This document shows, piece after piece, positions 28,948 to 38,218 of a DNA stretch of 64,000 nt (the first letter of the stretch is position 1; every line of letters begins with the position of its first letter). A program made the translations under genes and the position numbers. The notes beneath the pieces are model-generated. The model saw nothing but the letters and a program-made list of their open reading frames with translations. It searched no databases and was not told the DNA's origin. Location of the stretch: sequence record SRR20825006_128, one strand, 5' to 3'.

Positions 28948-30216
28948 ATGGCAAAAAATGATCCCTATGCAGCCTTAAGGTTCAGAGAGTTTAATGTTTT
29001 TTTAATGTTACGTTTTGCTATGGTTTTTGCCTGGTCAATGCAATTTGTGGTGATCGAATGGCAAGTATATAGTATTACAAAAAATGCGCTTTCGCTAGGT
29101 ATTATAGGTCTTATGGAAGTCATACCTGCGGTCTCCTTAGCTTTGTTTGCAGGTCATATTGTTGATCAGCGTGAGAAACGGGGACTTTTATTTAAATGTC
29201 TTTTTGGGTTTTCTTTTGTTAGTATAGGTTTGTTTTTGCTTACTTGGCCAAGAGTGACTGAGCATTTAAGTACATCTTTAACTTTATATGCTATTTATTT
29301 CTTGGTGTTTTGTGGTGGTATCGTTCGCGCCTTTTTGGGGCCTACTATTTTTTCTTTATTTGCTTTAATTGTTCCTAAAAAGGTGTATCCTAACGCGGCT
29401 ACGTGGAGTAGTTCGGTGTGGCAGATGGGAGCTGTGGTTGGTCCGGCTGCAGGTGGTTTTACCATACATTTAATAGGTGTGCACTGGTCTATGTGTGTGA
29501 TTTTTGGTTTTTCACTGTTTGCTTTGGTCTGCTTGTCACAAATCAAGAAAAAACCAATAATGAACCCTAAAATAGGGGAGCCGGTGATGCAAAGTCTTAA
29601 AGAAGGCATTCTCTTTGTTAGAAATAGCAAAGCTGTTTTAGGAGCACTTACATTAGATATGATCGCAGTTCTGTTTGGTGGTGCAGTAGCACTGTTGCCC
29701 ATTTATGCTCAGGACATTTTAAAAGTAGGTCCACAAGGATTTGGGGTTTTGCGGGCAGCTCCGGCGGTGGGTGCATTGATCACAATGTTTACCTCTGCGT
29801 ATTTTCCATTGTATAAAAAGGCGGGGATAAAATTACTAGCCGCAGTTTTTGGATTTGGTGTTTCTATTATTGTATTCGGACTTTCAACAACCTTTTGGCT
29901 TTCCGTTATGGCGCTGTTTATGAGCGGTGTGACCGATGGAATCTCAATGATCATCAGACAAACCATTCTTCAACTTAAAACTCCAGATCATATGCGCGGT
30001 AGGGTCGCATCGGTAAATTCAATGTTTGTAGGTAGTTCAAATGAATTAGGTGCTTTTGAAAGTGGATTGACAGCCAAACTGATGGGTACAGTGACCGCAG
30101 TAGTTTTTGGCGGAAGTATGACGTTGATTACCGTCTTGGCAACAGGGATAATTTCACCTAAATTCAGAAAATTAGATTTGAGAAAAGACCTGGAAGAACA
30201 TGAAAAATCAGAATAG
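28948..30216 (+). CDS. MFS transporter (EntS/DHA3-like)
   Basis: About 12 TM helices; AGHIVDQREKR motif A, LDMIAVLFGGAVALLP, MRGRV and SNELGAFESG. Confidence 0.92.
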   Translation: MAKNDPYAALRFREFNVFLMLRFAMVFAWSMQFVVIEWQVYSITKNALSLGIIGLMEVIPAVSLALFAGHIVDQREKRGLLFKCLFGFSFVSIGLFLLTWPRVTEHLSTSLTLYAIYFLVFCGGIVRAFLGPTIFSLFALIVPKKVYPNAATWSSSVWQMGAVVGPAAGGFTIHLIGVHWSMCVIFGFSLFALVCLSQIKKKPIMNPKIGEPVMQSLKEGILFVRNSKAVLGALTLDMIAVLFGGAVALLPIYAQDILKVGPQGFGVLRAAPAVGALITMFTSAYFPLYKKAGIKLLAAVFGFGVSIIVFGLSTTFWLSVMALFMSGVTDGISMIIRQTILQLKTPDHMRGRVASVNSMFVGSSNELGAFESGLTAKLMGTVTAVVFGGSMTLITVLATGIISPKFRKLDLRKDLEEHEKSE

Positions 30217-30228
30217 ATTATGGTTTGA

Positions 30229-30876
30229 TTAGAAGCCTGGAGGTTTTAGTAATGTCGCATTTGTGAATTGCTGCATGTTAATGTAATAAGTTCCAGGCGC
30301 ATCTTTGGCAATAAAGCCTTTTCTATAAATGATAAGATTCATATGGAGGTCGATAGTAATATCTGTATTTCCGGTTCTAAAAAAACCGTTATTAGCAAAG
30401 CCTCTAATGAACCAAGTACCTTCATCAGTGTTTTTGTAAGCATGTACCTGAAAACCTTCCACGACATCATTTCCGGCGTAACTTTCCGTGATTACGCTTG
30501 TATTACCAGTATCATGTTCAATAAAATAGTAACCCTGCACAGTTACAACGTAGTCCTCGATACTTATTTTAGTATTGTAATTTTCAACACCACGATTCGA
30601 AGTGTTTTCGAAAACTAATTCAGCATAATTTATTGGGCCATATTTACTGATGTCAATATCATACTGAACAATGGATAAATCTTGACGTTCAATGATGAGT
30701 TTGGATCCTCGAATTTGATTAGAATTACCAGGGGCCTCTAGAAAAAGTTTACCATCAATTCTGGTATTACCATTTACATCGAGAAGGTCCCGTGGAGTAT
30801 TTGTATTTATTCCAACTTGTGCTCTAGATGTCAAGCAAGAAATAAAAATTACTATTGAAGTTATAAGTAATTTCAT
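30229..30876 (-). CDS. Secreted hypothetical protein, paralogue 3 of 3
   Basis: Signal peptide SRA-Q then QVGINTNTPRDLLDVNG; shares GTW and IIY motifs with its neighbours. Confidence 0.85.
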   Translation of the reverse strand: MKLLITSIVIFISCLTSRAQVGINTNTPRDLLDVNGNTRIDGKLFLEAPGNSNQIRGSKLIIERQDLSIVQYDIDISKYGPINYAELVFENTSNRGVENYNTKISIEDYVVTVQGYYFIEHDTGNTSVITESYAGNDVVEGFQVHAYKNTDEGTWFIRGFANNGFFRTGNTDITIDLHMNLIIYRKGFIAKDAPGTYYINMQQFTNATLLKPPGF

Positions 30877-30878
30877 CT

Positions 30879-31523
30879 TTAATATAAATCTGGGATTGCT
30901 GAGGCCGAACCATTACGGTTGCCTCCAAGGTCAGTTCTGATTACCGGAAGTTTGCGATAAAAAGAGGTATCATAAATAATAAAAGTACATTCATAGTGTA
31001 CGGCATTTCGCCGATTTGTGGTATCAAGAAATCGGTTTCTAATCTCTAAATGCCAAGTGCCATTACTTTCAAATGTTCGAGCAACAAATGTTCCTATAGA
31101 ATCATCACCTCCATCTATAAGTCTTTTGTTTACTGGCGCTCCTATATAACGAATATCAGCTAGTCCTACTATATATCTTGAAGTTTCAAAACTTAGATTT
31201 AAATCAACAATATTATCATAACTTAGATTATGGAAATAATATTTCAAAACATTGATTGGTGCAACAGTTAACTCATCTACATTAAGTTTGGTAATTTCTC
31301 CATTTAAAGCTGTAGAATCAGTGCGCCTTGTTAAAAGTTTAAAATCTTCATCAGTATTAGTAACCGTTCCTAAAGTACCTAGTTCAAATTGTTTTTGTAC
31401 GGCCATCGAACCTACTATATGCAAATCTGATTCCGGATTGGTAGTCCCCACTCCCACTTGTGCGAATAACTGTACAACACAGAAAATACTTAATACAAAG
31501 GAAAATGTAAACTTTTTATACAT
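30879..31523 (-). CDS. Secreted hypothetical protein, paralogue 2 of 3
   Basis: Signal peptide LFA-Q then QVGVGTTNPESDLHIVG. The ATG overlaps the upstream stop (TAATG). Confidence 0.85.
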   Translation of the reverse strand: MYKKFTFSFVLSIFCVVQLFAQVGVGTTNPESDLHIVGSMAVQKQFELGTLGTVTNTDEDFKLLTRRTDSTALNGEITKLNVDELTVAPINVLKYYFHNLSYDNIVDLNLSFETSRYIVGLADIRYIGAPVNKRLIDGGDDSIGTFVARTFESNGTWHLEIRNRFLDTTNRRNAVHYECTFIIYDTSFYRKLPVIRTDLGGNRNGSASAIPDLY

Positions 31524-32149
31524 TAGTCTATAAAGGGATTTGTGGCCGACTGCGTACTAGCTTCTTCCATAGCTACAGGTATGCGTCCAAATTGTTTTGA
31601 TAAATCTTTTGAATATATCAGTGTGGTAATAGTCCAAGTACCTTTTTCATTTGGGTTTAAATTATTTGCAGCAGGAAAATCTGCAGTAATATGCCAAGTA
31701 CCGTCTTTAATAAATGCACTGTAAAAGGGTATTGTTGCATTACTGTTTATATCCAGTTCACGATCGTATGATGCTGATAAAGTATTAAGCACAAATTCAT
31801 TTGCATCTACTCTAGTATCAAAATCAAAAACCCAATCTTCTTGAGGATCATATAATTCATATATCTGAATATAGCCTAGAGCGGCTCCGGTAGGGTTGCT
31901 AACATCCAGAGATTTGATCTTACTATTACCATCTTGAATTAAGAATGTGCTAGTATCATCATCTTTTAAATCGTTGATAGTGCTTATGGTTACAGTATTC
32001 TGTACGCGTGCATCCCCTGCAACCTCTAATTTGACCCTTGGATTTGTGGTACCAATTCCTACTCCAGTTGTTTGTCCCAAAACAGGAACAATAGAAAGGA
32101 AAAAGGTTGTAAAAGCAACAAGTTGAAGATTTGGGTAAAAATGTTTCAA
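31523..32149 (-). CDS. Secreted hypothetical protein, paralogue 1 of 3
   Basis: TTG start; signal peptide VLG-Q then GVGIGTTNPRVKLEVAG. Confidence 0.85.
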   Translation of the reverse strand: MKHFYPNLQLVAFTTFFLSIVPVLGQTTGVGIGTTNPRVKLEVAGDARVQNTVTISTINDLKDDDTSTFLIQDGNSKIKSLDVSNPTGAALGYIQIYELYDPQEDWVFDFDTRVDANEFVLNTLSASYDRELDINSNATIPFYSAFIKDGTWHITADFPAANNLNPNEKGTWTITTLIYSKDLSKQFGRIPVAMEEASTQSATNPFID

Positions 32150-32376
32150 TTGGGTGACTTTTATAATAGGGTAAAAGTATTTAAAAAGTGGTTTATTAAA
32201 TAATAATTAACTATTTAATTTATTGTTTGTAAGAAAAAACTTTCAATATATAAAATATCTATTCTTAAAATTTATTATTATTTCCTCTGCTTTTATATCT
32301 ATCTGTATCAAGACGTATAAATGACTGATAATGTTATAAATGGCAAAAATGGATTAAACATAAAGTAAAAATAGTA

Positions 32377-33186
32377 TTACCACCAAGTGGCAAAAGCGTT
32401 CAAAACACTATCCGGCTTAAAAATCCAAAATTTGAATGAGCGGGATTGTGTCAATTGTGTTTTAGCTGAATCAAAGAAATCATCAAATGATAAACGCTGA
32501 ACAGATGTGGGAGCACCAACCCAATCATTCTTAGACGGAATATAGAAGGTTGTTTTTTCATTTTTTAATTGCAACAGCTGATCTAAAGAGTAATAGTATC
32601 CGGCAATCAATTGATGCGGTATCTCAAGGTGTTGCAGCTGCAACCCTAACGGAATGTAAACCTGAGCTTTATAACTTACTTGTTGTTTTAATGAAGTAGG
32701 GAGGATGTCTATGGTGTGAAGCATTTTTTCAGTTTCTGGGTGCTGTAGCATCGGGAACTGATGTGTGCTTAGTTTTTTAATCTTTGCAGTAAGTGCATCT
32801 TTTGCATTTGGACCTATTAATCGTTCAATCCAGTTGCCTTTAAGTTCCGGGCGATAGAGGTAAAACTTGTAAACCATTTCTAAATGAATGCGTTCACCGG
32901 TTTGATTTTCGATGATAAAATCGAGTTCGCCTAAGGTCAACTTGTTTGCTATGACTTGTAGATTCTGAGCAAGAACTTTGTAGTCACGGCCTATAAGATA
33001 CATCTGCATGAAATACTCCATACGCTGACCCAGACGTATAGATTGAGGCATTTCAAAATCTTCGGGTACTTCTAAATTAGCAGGTTTGAAATCAAAATTA
33101 GATACGCCTAAAATCTCTGAAGACAGATTGATTTGAGGCGTATCTATAAATCCTTGATATTGATGTTGCAGGTTAATATTAGTCAA
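32377..33186 (-). CDS. DUF1853 family protein (PD-(D/E)XK-like fold)
   Basis: RLGQRMEYF, TLGELDFII, HLEMVYKFYLY and IGPNAKD. Probable TTG start at 33186 overlapping the cysM stop; the track uses GTG at 33243. Confidence 0.8.
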   Translation of the reverse strand: MTNINLQHQYQGFIDTPQINLSSEILGVSNFDFKPANLEVPEDFEMPQSIRLGQRMEYFMQMYLIGRDYKVLAQNLQVIANKLTLGELDFIIENQTGERIHLEMVYKFYLYRPELKGNWIERLIGPNAKDALTAKIKKLSTHQFPMLQHPETEKMLHTIDILPTSLKQQVSYKAQVYIPLGLQLQHLEIPHQLIAGYYYSLDQLLQLKNEKTTFYIPSKNDWVGAPTSVQRLSFDDFFDSAKTQLTQSRSFKFWIFKPDSVLNAFATWW

Positions 33187-34063
33187 ACAAATCTGATGAT
33201 AAATAGCGGTCTCCGCGATCACAAATAATAGAAACCACAACACCTTCTTCTAGTTGTTCACACAAACGCAATGCAGCAACTGTAGCGCCCCCGCTGCTCA
33301 TTCCGCTAAAAATACCTTCTTCCTTAGCTAATCTTTTAGCCATTGCGCGCGCATCTGCTTCGCTTACTTCAAGCACTTGATCTACTTTAGAAGCATCAAA
33401 GATTTTAGGTAAATATTCTTGTGGCCATTTGCGTATCCCGGGAATGCTGGAATCATCGGTAGGTTGTACGCCCACAATTTGTACAGCACTATTTTGCTCT
33501 TTTAAATATGTTGAAGTTCCCATAATCGTTCCCGTTGTACCCATAGAAGATACAAAATGCGTTACCTTACCTTGTGTATCATTCCAAATTTCCGGGCCAG
33601 TAGTTTTGTAATGCGCCTTCCAGTTGTCGGGATTAGAAAACTGGTTAAACATAAAATAACCTTCTTCTTTTACTTTTGCTTCGGCGAAATCTCGAGCACC
33701 TTCAATGCCGATATCTTTTGAAGTGAGAATGACCTTGGCACCATAAGCACGCATAGTTTGTACGCGTTCTTTAGTTGCATTTTCGGGCATTACAATTTCT
33801 AAATCCAGGCCATACATTGAGGCGATCATTGCTAAGGCAATACCTGTATTTCCACTTGTAGCTTCGATCAATTTAGATTCTTTAGTGATTTCACCACGCT
33901 CCATAGCTGCGGTGATCATATTAAATGCTGCACGATCTTTGACGCTTCCTCCGGGATTTTGCCCTTCGAGCTTAAAAAGTAATTTTACCTTAGGGTTTTT
34001 CTGTAAAACCTTAGATTCTACGAGAGGCGTATTGCCTATAAGACGTTCTATAGAATAATTCAT
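33179..34063 (-). CDS. cysM: Cysteine synthase B
   Basis: KLEGQNPGGSVKDR, EATSGNTG, SMGTTGT, IPGIRKW and ICDRGDRYLS. Confidence 0.95.
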   Translation of the reverse strand: MNYSIERLIGNTPLVESKVLQKNPKVKLLFKLEGQNPGGSVKDRAAFNMITAAMERGEITKESKLIEATSGNTGIALAMIASMYGLDLEIVMPENATKERVQTMRAYGAKVILTSKDIGIEGARDFAEAKVKEEGYFMFNQFSNPDNWKAHYKTTGPEIWNDTQGKVTHFVSSMGTTGTIMGTSTYLKEQNSAVQIVGVQPTDDSSIPGIRKWPQEYLPKIFDASKVDQVLEVSEADARAMAKRLAKEEGIFSGMSSGGATVAALRLCEQLEEGVVVSIICDRGDRYLSSDLFD

Positions 34064-34085
34064 GAATTGTTTTTTTAAATACTCG

Positions 34086-34883
34086 CTATTCTTTTTTCTC
34101 GAGTTCTCTGATCAAGATTTCGGGTTTATGCGAAACTAACGAGTAGGGCGGGACCGATTTGGTTAACCACACATTACCGCCAATGATACTATTGGCACCA
34201 ATTACAGTATCACCACCTAAGATGGTCGCATTGGCATAGATGGTCACGTTATCCTCAATGGTTGGATGTCTTTTTACCGCGCTCAGATCTTTAGCAACAC
34301 TCAGTGCGCCTAGCGTAACCCCTTGATAAAGTTTTACGTGATCTTTGATAACTGCCGTTTCTCCTATTACGATTCCGGTGGCGTGATCCATAAAAAAGTA
34401 CTCGCCAATAACCGCTCCCGGATTGATATCAACACCGGTAATGTGATGCGCATACTCTGTCATTAAACGCGGTACAATAGGAAATCCCTTTTGGTGCAGT
34501 GCATGGCTTAAGCGGTAAATAGCTATCGCGTGAAAACCGGGATAGGCCAGATATACTTCTTCAATACTTGTTGCTGCAGGATCGTTTTCAAAAATAGCTT
34601 CGGCATCAAGATTTAATTTTCGCAAGATCTCAGGCAGCTGGGCCACATAATCGTCCCATACCTTGCTGCATTTCTTATCGATTTCCCAGCAGGCAAGCTC
34701 AACCAGATTCTCAAACAGGCGTTCTAAACGATCTAAATCTTCATCAAGATCATTAGGAAAGTTGAATAAGGTTGCAAAAAGCTCTTTAGTAAAACGATGT
34801 GTATCTGTTTTTAATTTAAAATTAAGATTGGCGTTTTGCTTATGAGCGCGTATCTGACTTATGATGTTCTCTTTATTGATCAT
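34086..34883 (-). CDS. cysE: Serine O-acetyltransferase
   Basis: DPAA, YPGFHA, DHATGIVIGET, YQGVTLG, KRHPT and hexapeptide repeats; directly upstream of cysM. Confidence 0.93.
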   Translation of the reverse strand: MINKENIISQIRAHKQNANLNFKLKTDTHRFTKELFATLFNFPNDLDEDLDRLERLFENLVELACWEIDKKCSKVWDDYVAQLPEILRKLNLDAEAIFENDPAATSIEEVYLAYPGFHAIAIYRLSHALHQKGFPIVPRLMTEYAHHITGVDINPGAVIGEYFFMDHATGIVIGETAVIKDHVKLYQGVTLGALSVAKDLSAVKRHPTIEDNVTIYANATILGGDTVIGANSIIGGNVWLTKSVPPYSLVSHKPEILIRELEKKE

Positions 34884-34963
34884 AGGCTATTTAATTCATT
34901 CAAATGTATTGAAATGTATTTGCACAACGTCTGGTAATGATAGTAAAATTCTATTTTTGGACT

Positions 34964-35752
34964 ATGTTTAAAAAAGAATTCTTCTACCTTTTTAAAATTC
35001 AGTATCTCGGTTTTAGATATCACGGTTGGCAAAAGCAACCAGATCTGCTAACCGTAGAGCGTATGATGCAACGTACATTAAAATATGTATTGGGTCGTAA
35101 TAACTTTAAATTCATTGCAGCTGGTCGGACAGATGCTAAAGTTTCGGTTAATGCTACCTATGTAGAACTTATACTTCAAGACGAACCCTTAGCGGTCAAT
35201 GATTTTTTTAAAGTCTTCAATGACAACCTTCCGCAGGATATTCGGCTTTTAGAAGTTATTGAAAAGCCTAAACAAACTAACATCATTCAGGCTCCCAAAC
35301 TCAAAGAATATATTTATCTATTTTCTTTCGGCGAAAAAAATCATCCGTTCTGTGCACCGTATATGGTGAATGTAAAAGGAGCGCTTGATATTGCATTGAT
35401 GCAGCGAGGAGCAAGCTTAATGCAGGGAACGCACGATTATCGAAATTATGCTTACAAGGCTACTGCCGAAACGCAAACGCTTATGACAATTGAATCTTCA
35501 ATTATTGAAGAAAACACTTTGTACACGGCTAGTTTTTTTCCGAAGCATTCCTATGTGTTCAAAGTTGTGGGTGCCGGTTTTAAGCGACATCAGGTGCGCT
35601 TAATGATGGGCGCGCTATTTGATCTTGGAAGCGGAATTCTTTCTTGGGAGACTTTTGAGAAGAGTCTTGACGGAACCATCCCTTACAAGCTTACCCACAT
35701 TGCTCAGGCATCTGGTCTTATTCTTCAAGAGATCAATCTTGAGGAACATTGA
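34964..35752 (+). CDS. truA: tRNA pseudouridine synthase A family protein
   Basis: YLGFRYHGWQKQP, AGRTDAKV (catalytic Asp) and GFKRHQVRLMMG. May be a second truA paralogue. Confidence 0.88.
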   Translation: MFKKEFFYLFKIQYLGFRYHGWQKQPDLLTVERMMQRTLKYVLGRNNFKFIAAGRTDAKVSVNATYVELILQDEPLAVNDFFKVFNDNLPQDIRLLEVIEKPKQTNIIQAPKLKEYIYLFSFGEKNHPFCAPYMVNVKGALDIALMQRGASLMQGTHDYRNYAYKATAETQTLMTIESSIIEENTLYTASFFPKHSYVFKVVGAGFKRHQVRLMMGALFDLGSGILSWETFEKSLDGTIPYKLTHIAQASGLILQEINLEEH

Positions 35753-35779
35753 CTTAATTTAAGTTAAATCTGCCAGAGC

Positions 35780-35856
35780 TTAACAAAGCTTAACCCTTAC
35801 GAATAAAGCTTTAACCCGGTCTTAACCCGGCAGCGCATACCTGCTGGCTATCTTTG
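35780..35856 (+). promoter_or_regulatory. Phased TTAAC direct repeats plus -7 box upstream of the PfpI-family gene
   Basis: TTAAC at 35780, 35790, 35811 and 35822, including TTAACCCGG twice; TATCTTTG at 35849-35856. Confidence 0.65.
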
Positions 35857-35895
35857 TTAATGAATTGATTTTATAACCAACAAAAACAATATACT

Positions 35896-36441
35896 ATGAA
35901 AAAGGTAGCAATTTTAGCAACTAACGGATTTGAAGAAAGTGAATTAACTTCTCCATTAGAAGCAATGAAAAAAGAAGGCTTTCAAGTTGATATTGTAAGC
36001 GAAAAAAAAGGAACGATTAAAGCGTGGGCAGAAACCGACTGGGGGAAAGATTATGATGTTGATAAGACCTTAGACGAAGTTTCAGCAAAAGATTATAATG
36101 CTTTGGTATTGCCGGGTGGAGTGATTAATCCGGATCAGCTGAGAAGAAATGAAAATGCGCTTGTATTTATTAGAGATTTCTTTAAACAGCATAAACCTGT
36201 GGCTGCAATTTGCCACGCTCCTCAATTATTAATCAGTGCTGATGTAGTCGAAGGAAGAACGTTAACTTCATTCTCATCAATTAAAAAAGACCTGGAAAAC
36301 GCTGGTGCATTGTGGGTAGATAAAGAAGTTGTGGTAGACGAAGCGTTAGTAACCAGTAGAAATCCTAACGATTTACCGGCATTTAATGCTAAAGTAATTG
36401 AGGAAATCAACGAAGGTAAGCACGAGTTACAACACGCATAA
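35896..36441 (+). CDS. PfpI/DJ-1 family protein (type 1 glutamine amidotransferase-like)
   Basis: GFEESEL, LPGGVINPDQLR, AAICHAP (nucleophile Cys) and TSRNPNDL. Confidence 0.95.
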   Translation: MKKVAILATNGFEESELTSPLEAMKKEGFQVDIVSEKKGTIKAWAETDWGKDYDVDKTLDEVSAKDYNALVLPGGVINPDQLRRNENALVFIRDFFKQHKPVAAICHAPQLLISADVVEGRTLTSFSSIKKDLENAGALWVDKEVVVDEALVTSRNPNDLPAFNAKVIEEINEGKHELQHA

Positions 36442-36472
36442 TTTGACCTTGATTTCTAGATAATCAGATTTT

Positions 36473-36499
36473 AAAAGTCCGTCGTATGGCGGACTTTTT
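36473..36499 (+). terminator. Rho-independent terminator
   Basis: AAAAGTCCGTC-gtat-GGCGGACTTTTT. Confidence 0.85.
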
Positions 36500-36527
36500 C
36501 TATTTTTAACCTACTAAATCGTAATGG

Positions 36528-37634
36528 ATGTCAAAGAGAATAAAGATTAAGAAGCCGAGAATTCCTAAAATTCCAAAAATAAAGCTGGCGCACAAGAAGA
36601 TACAAAACGATGTGCCGGGAACGCTTACCTATACAGGTAGTAAGGAACAGAAGCATGTGACGGTTGAACTTATAGATTATTCTCCTTCCACACATAAAAA
36701 TATCACGGTTGATGATGTTTCGCAGGCATTTAATAAAAAGCATCCGGAAGAAATTAGCTGGATCAATGTCAACGGACTGAGCGATATTGATCAAATAGAA
36801 AAACTGGGGGATCATTATAAGTTGCACCCACTTATATTAGAAGATATTGTAGATACCAGCCAACGGCCCAAGATTGATGAGTATCCAGATTATTTATTTA
36901 TCGTGTTTAAAATGCTCTATTACAATAGTGAGGGAGTTTTTATGAATGAACACATCAGTCTGGTTTTAGGCGAAAACTATCTAATCACATTTCAAGAAGC
37001 TGACGGGGATGTATTTGACTCGTTGCGACAACGTATCGCCAATGCCAAAGGACGAGTGCGCAATGCCGGTGCAGACTATTTGATGTTTGCTATTATGGAT
37101 GCGGTAGTGGATCACTATTTCACTTTAATTGAAACGATGAGTGATCGAATAGAATCGCTAGAAGATATATTATTTTCGAATGCTGCAGATCAAGATATCA
37201 CACAAGATATTCAGGAGTTGAAGCGGGAGGTTTTGCGTTTGCGAAAAGCGGTTTTTCCGTTTAGAGAAGTGGTCAACAGGTTGGAAAAAATAGACAGTCA
37301 GCTTATTGATGAACGCACCATTACGTACATACGCGACTTGTATGATCACGTGACACAAGTGACTGATAGTATTGATATTTATCGAGAAATGACCTGGGGC
37401 TTGATGGATATGTATATGACCACCATTAGCAACAAGATGAACGAGGTGATGAAAGTATTGACCATTATGGCCAGTATTTTTATTCCGCTTACGTTTATGG
37501 CTGGTATTTATGGGATGAATTTTGAATACATCCCAGAATTACATCTAAAATACGGGTACTATTATTTATGGGCAGCAATGATCCTTGTGTTTTTAGGATT
37601 GCTGTACTATTTCAAACGGAAAAAATGGTTGTAA
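36528..37634 (+). CDS. corA: Magnesium/cobalt transporter CorA
   Basis: LHPLILEDI, QRPK, MNEVMKVLT and YGMNF signature; two C-terminal TM helices. Confidence 0.95.
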   Translation: MSKRIKIKKPRIPKIPKIKLAHKKIQNDVPGTLTYTGSKEQKHVTVELIDYSPSTHKNITVDDVSQAFNKKHPEEISWINVNGLSDIDQIEKLGDHYKLHPLILEDIVDTSQRPKIDEYPDYLFIVFKMLYYNSEGVFMNEHISLVLGENYLITFQEADGDVFDSLRQRIANAKGRVRNAGADYLMFAIMDAVVDHYFTLIETMSDRIESLEDILFSNAADQDITQDIQELKREVLRLRKAVFPFREVVNRLEKIDSQLIDERTITYIRDLYDHVTQVTDSIDIYREMTWGLMDMYMTTISNKMNEVMKVLTIMASIFIPLTFMAGIYGMNFEYIPELHLKYGYYYLWAAMILVFLGLLYYFKRKKWL

Positions 37635-37643
37635 GTAACCGTG

Positions 37644-38078
37644 TTAATTCTTTAAAAAGCCTTGTTTAAGGCTGCGTTTACTGAAGAAATAAAGGTACAC
37701 TGCAATAAAGATCACGATTAAAGGCATTAGTAAACCTTGTACCATTCCGTAGACTTCAATCGCCGGCGTTGCAAAAAAGGAATATCCCATTTGAATCAGA
37801 ACTCCAACCAGAGAAATTAAAAACAAGGTGACTGCAGAAGTTCTGCGCAGTAATAAAAGCAAGCTTCCTATAAAACCGGTAATCGTCGCAATAGCAAAAA
37901 TTCCCTTAAGCCATTGCGGTGTGCTTTGAATAAGTTCGGCTTGATCTGCTGGTAATTCAGCAAGAGCAGCACTACTTACAAAGGTTTGCCCCATAAAGGC
38001 AAAAACGCCCATTAAATTCCAAATAATTGCTAAAGTGGTGATTATCCAAAACGTACGATTAGGTTTACTTGAAGTCAT
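37644..38078 (-). CDS. Four-TM hypothetical membrane protein
   Basis: 144 aa with four hydrophobic segments (FWII...IWNLMG, P.W, LLLLRR). Confidence 0.8.
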   Translation of the reverse strand: MTSSKPNRTFWIITTLAIIWNLMGVFAFMGQTFVSSAALAELPADQAELIQSTPQWLKGIFAIATITGFIGSLLLLLRRTSAVTLFLISLVGVLIQMGYSFFATPAIEVYGMVQGLLMPLIVIFIAVYLYFFSKRSLKQGFLKN

Positions 38079-38218
38079 AATTAGTTAATTTTAAATTTCA
38101 AAAATGATCGGGTATCGGGTATAAAATTTCGATAATCTAAAGTAATAATTTTTTAGAAAGTTCGACTTTTAGACCTGTAATCTAGATTAATTCTAACTGC
38201 ACTGTAAAAGCTATTTTA

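Noticed and set aside
32150-32376. Very AT-rich spacer as a possible oriC or mobile-element end
   Set aside because: No DnaA-box cluster, terminal repeats, integrase or transposase seen; it is best read as the promoter region of the three-gene operon.
38106-38121. Tandem ATCGGGT x2
   Set aside because: Only two copies, with no further structure.
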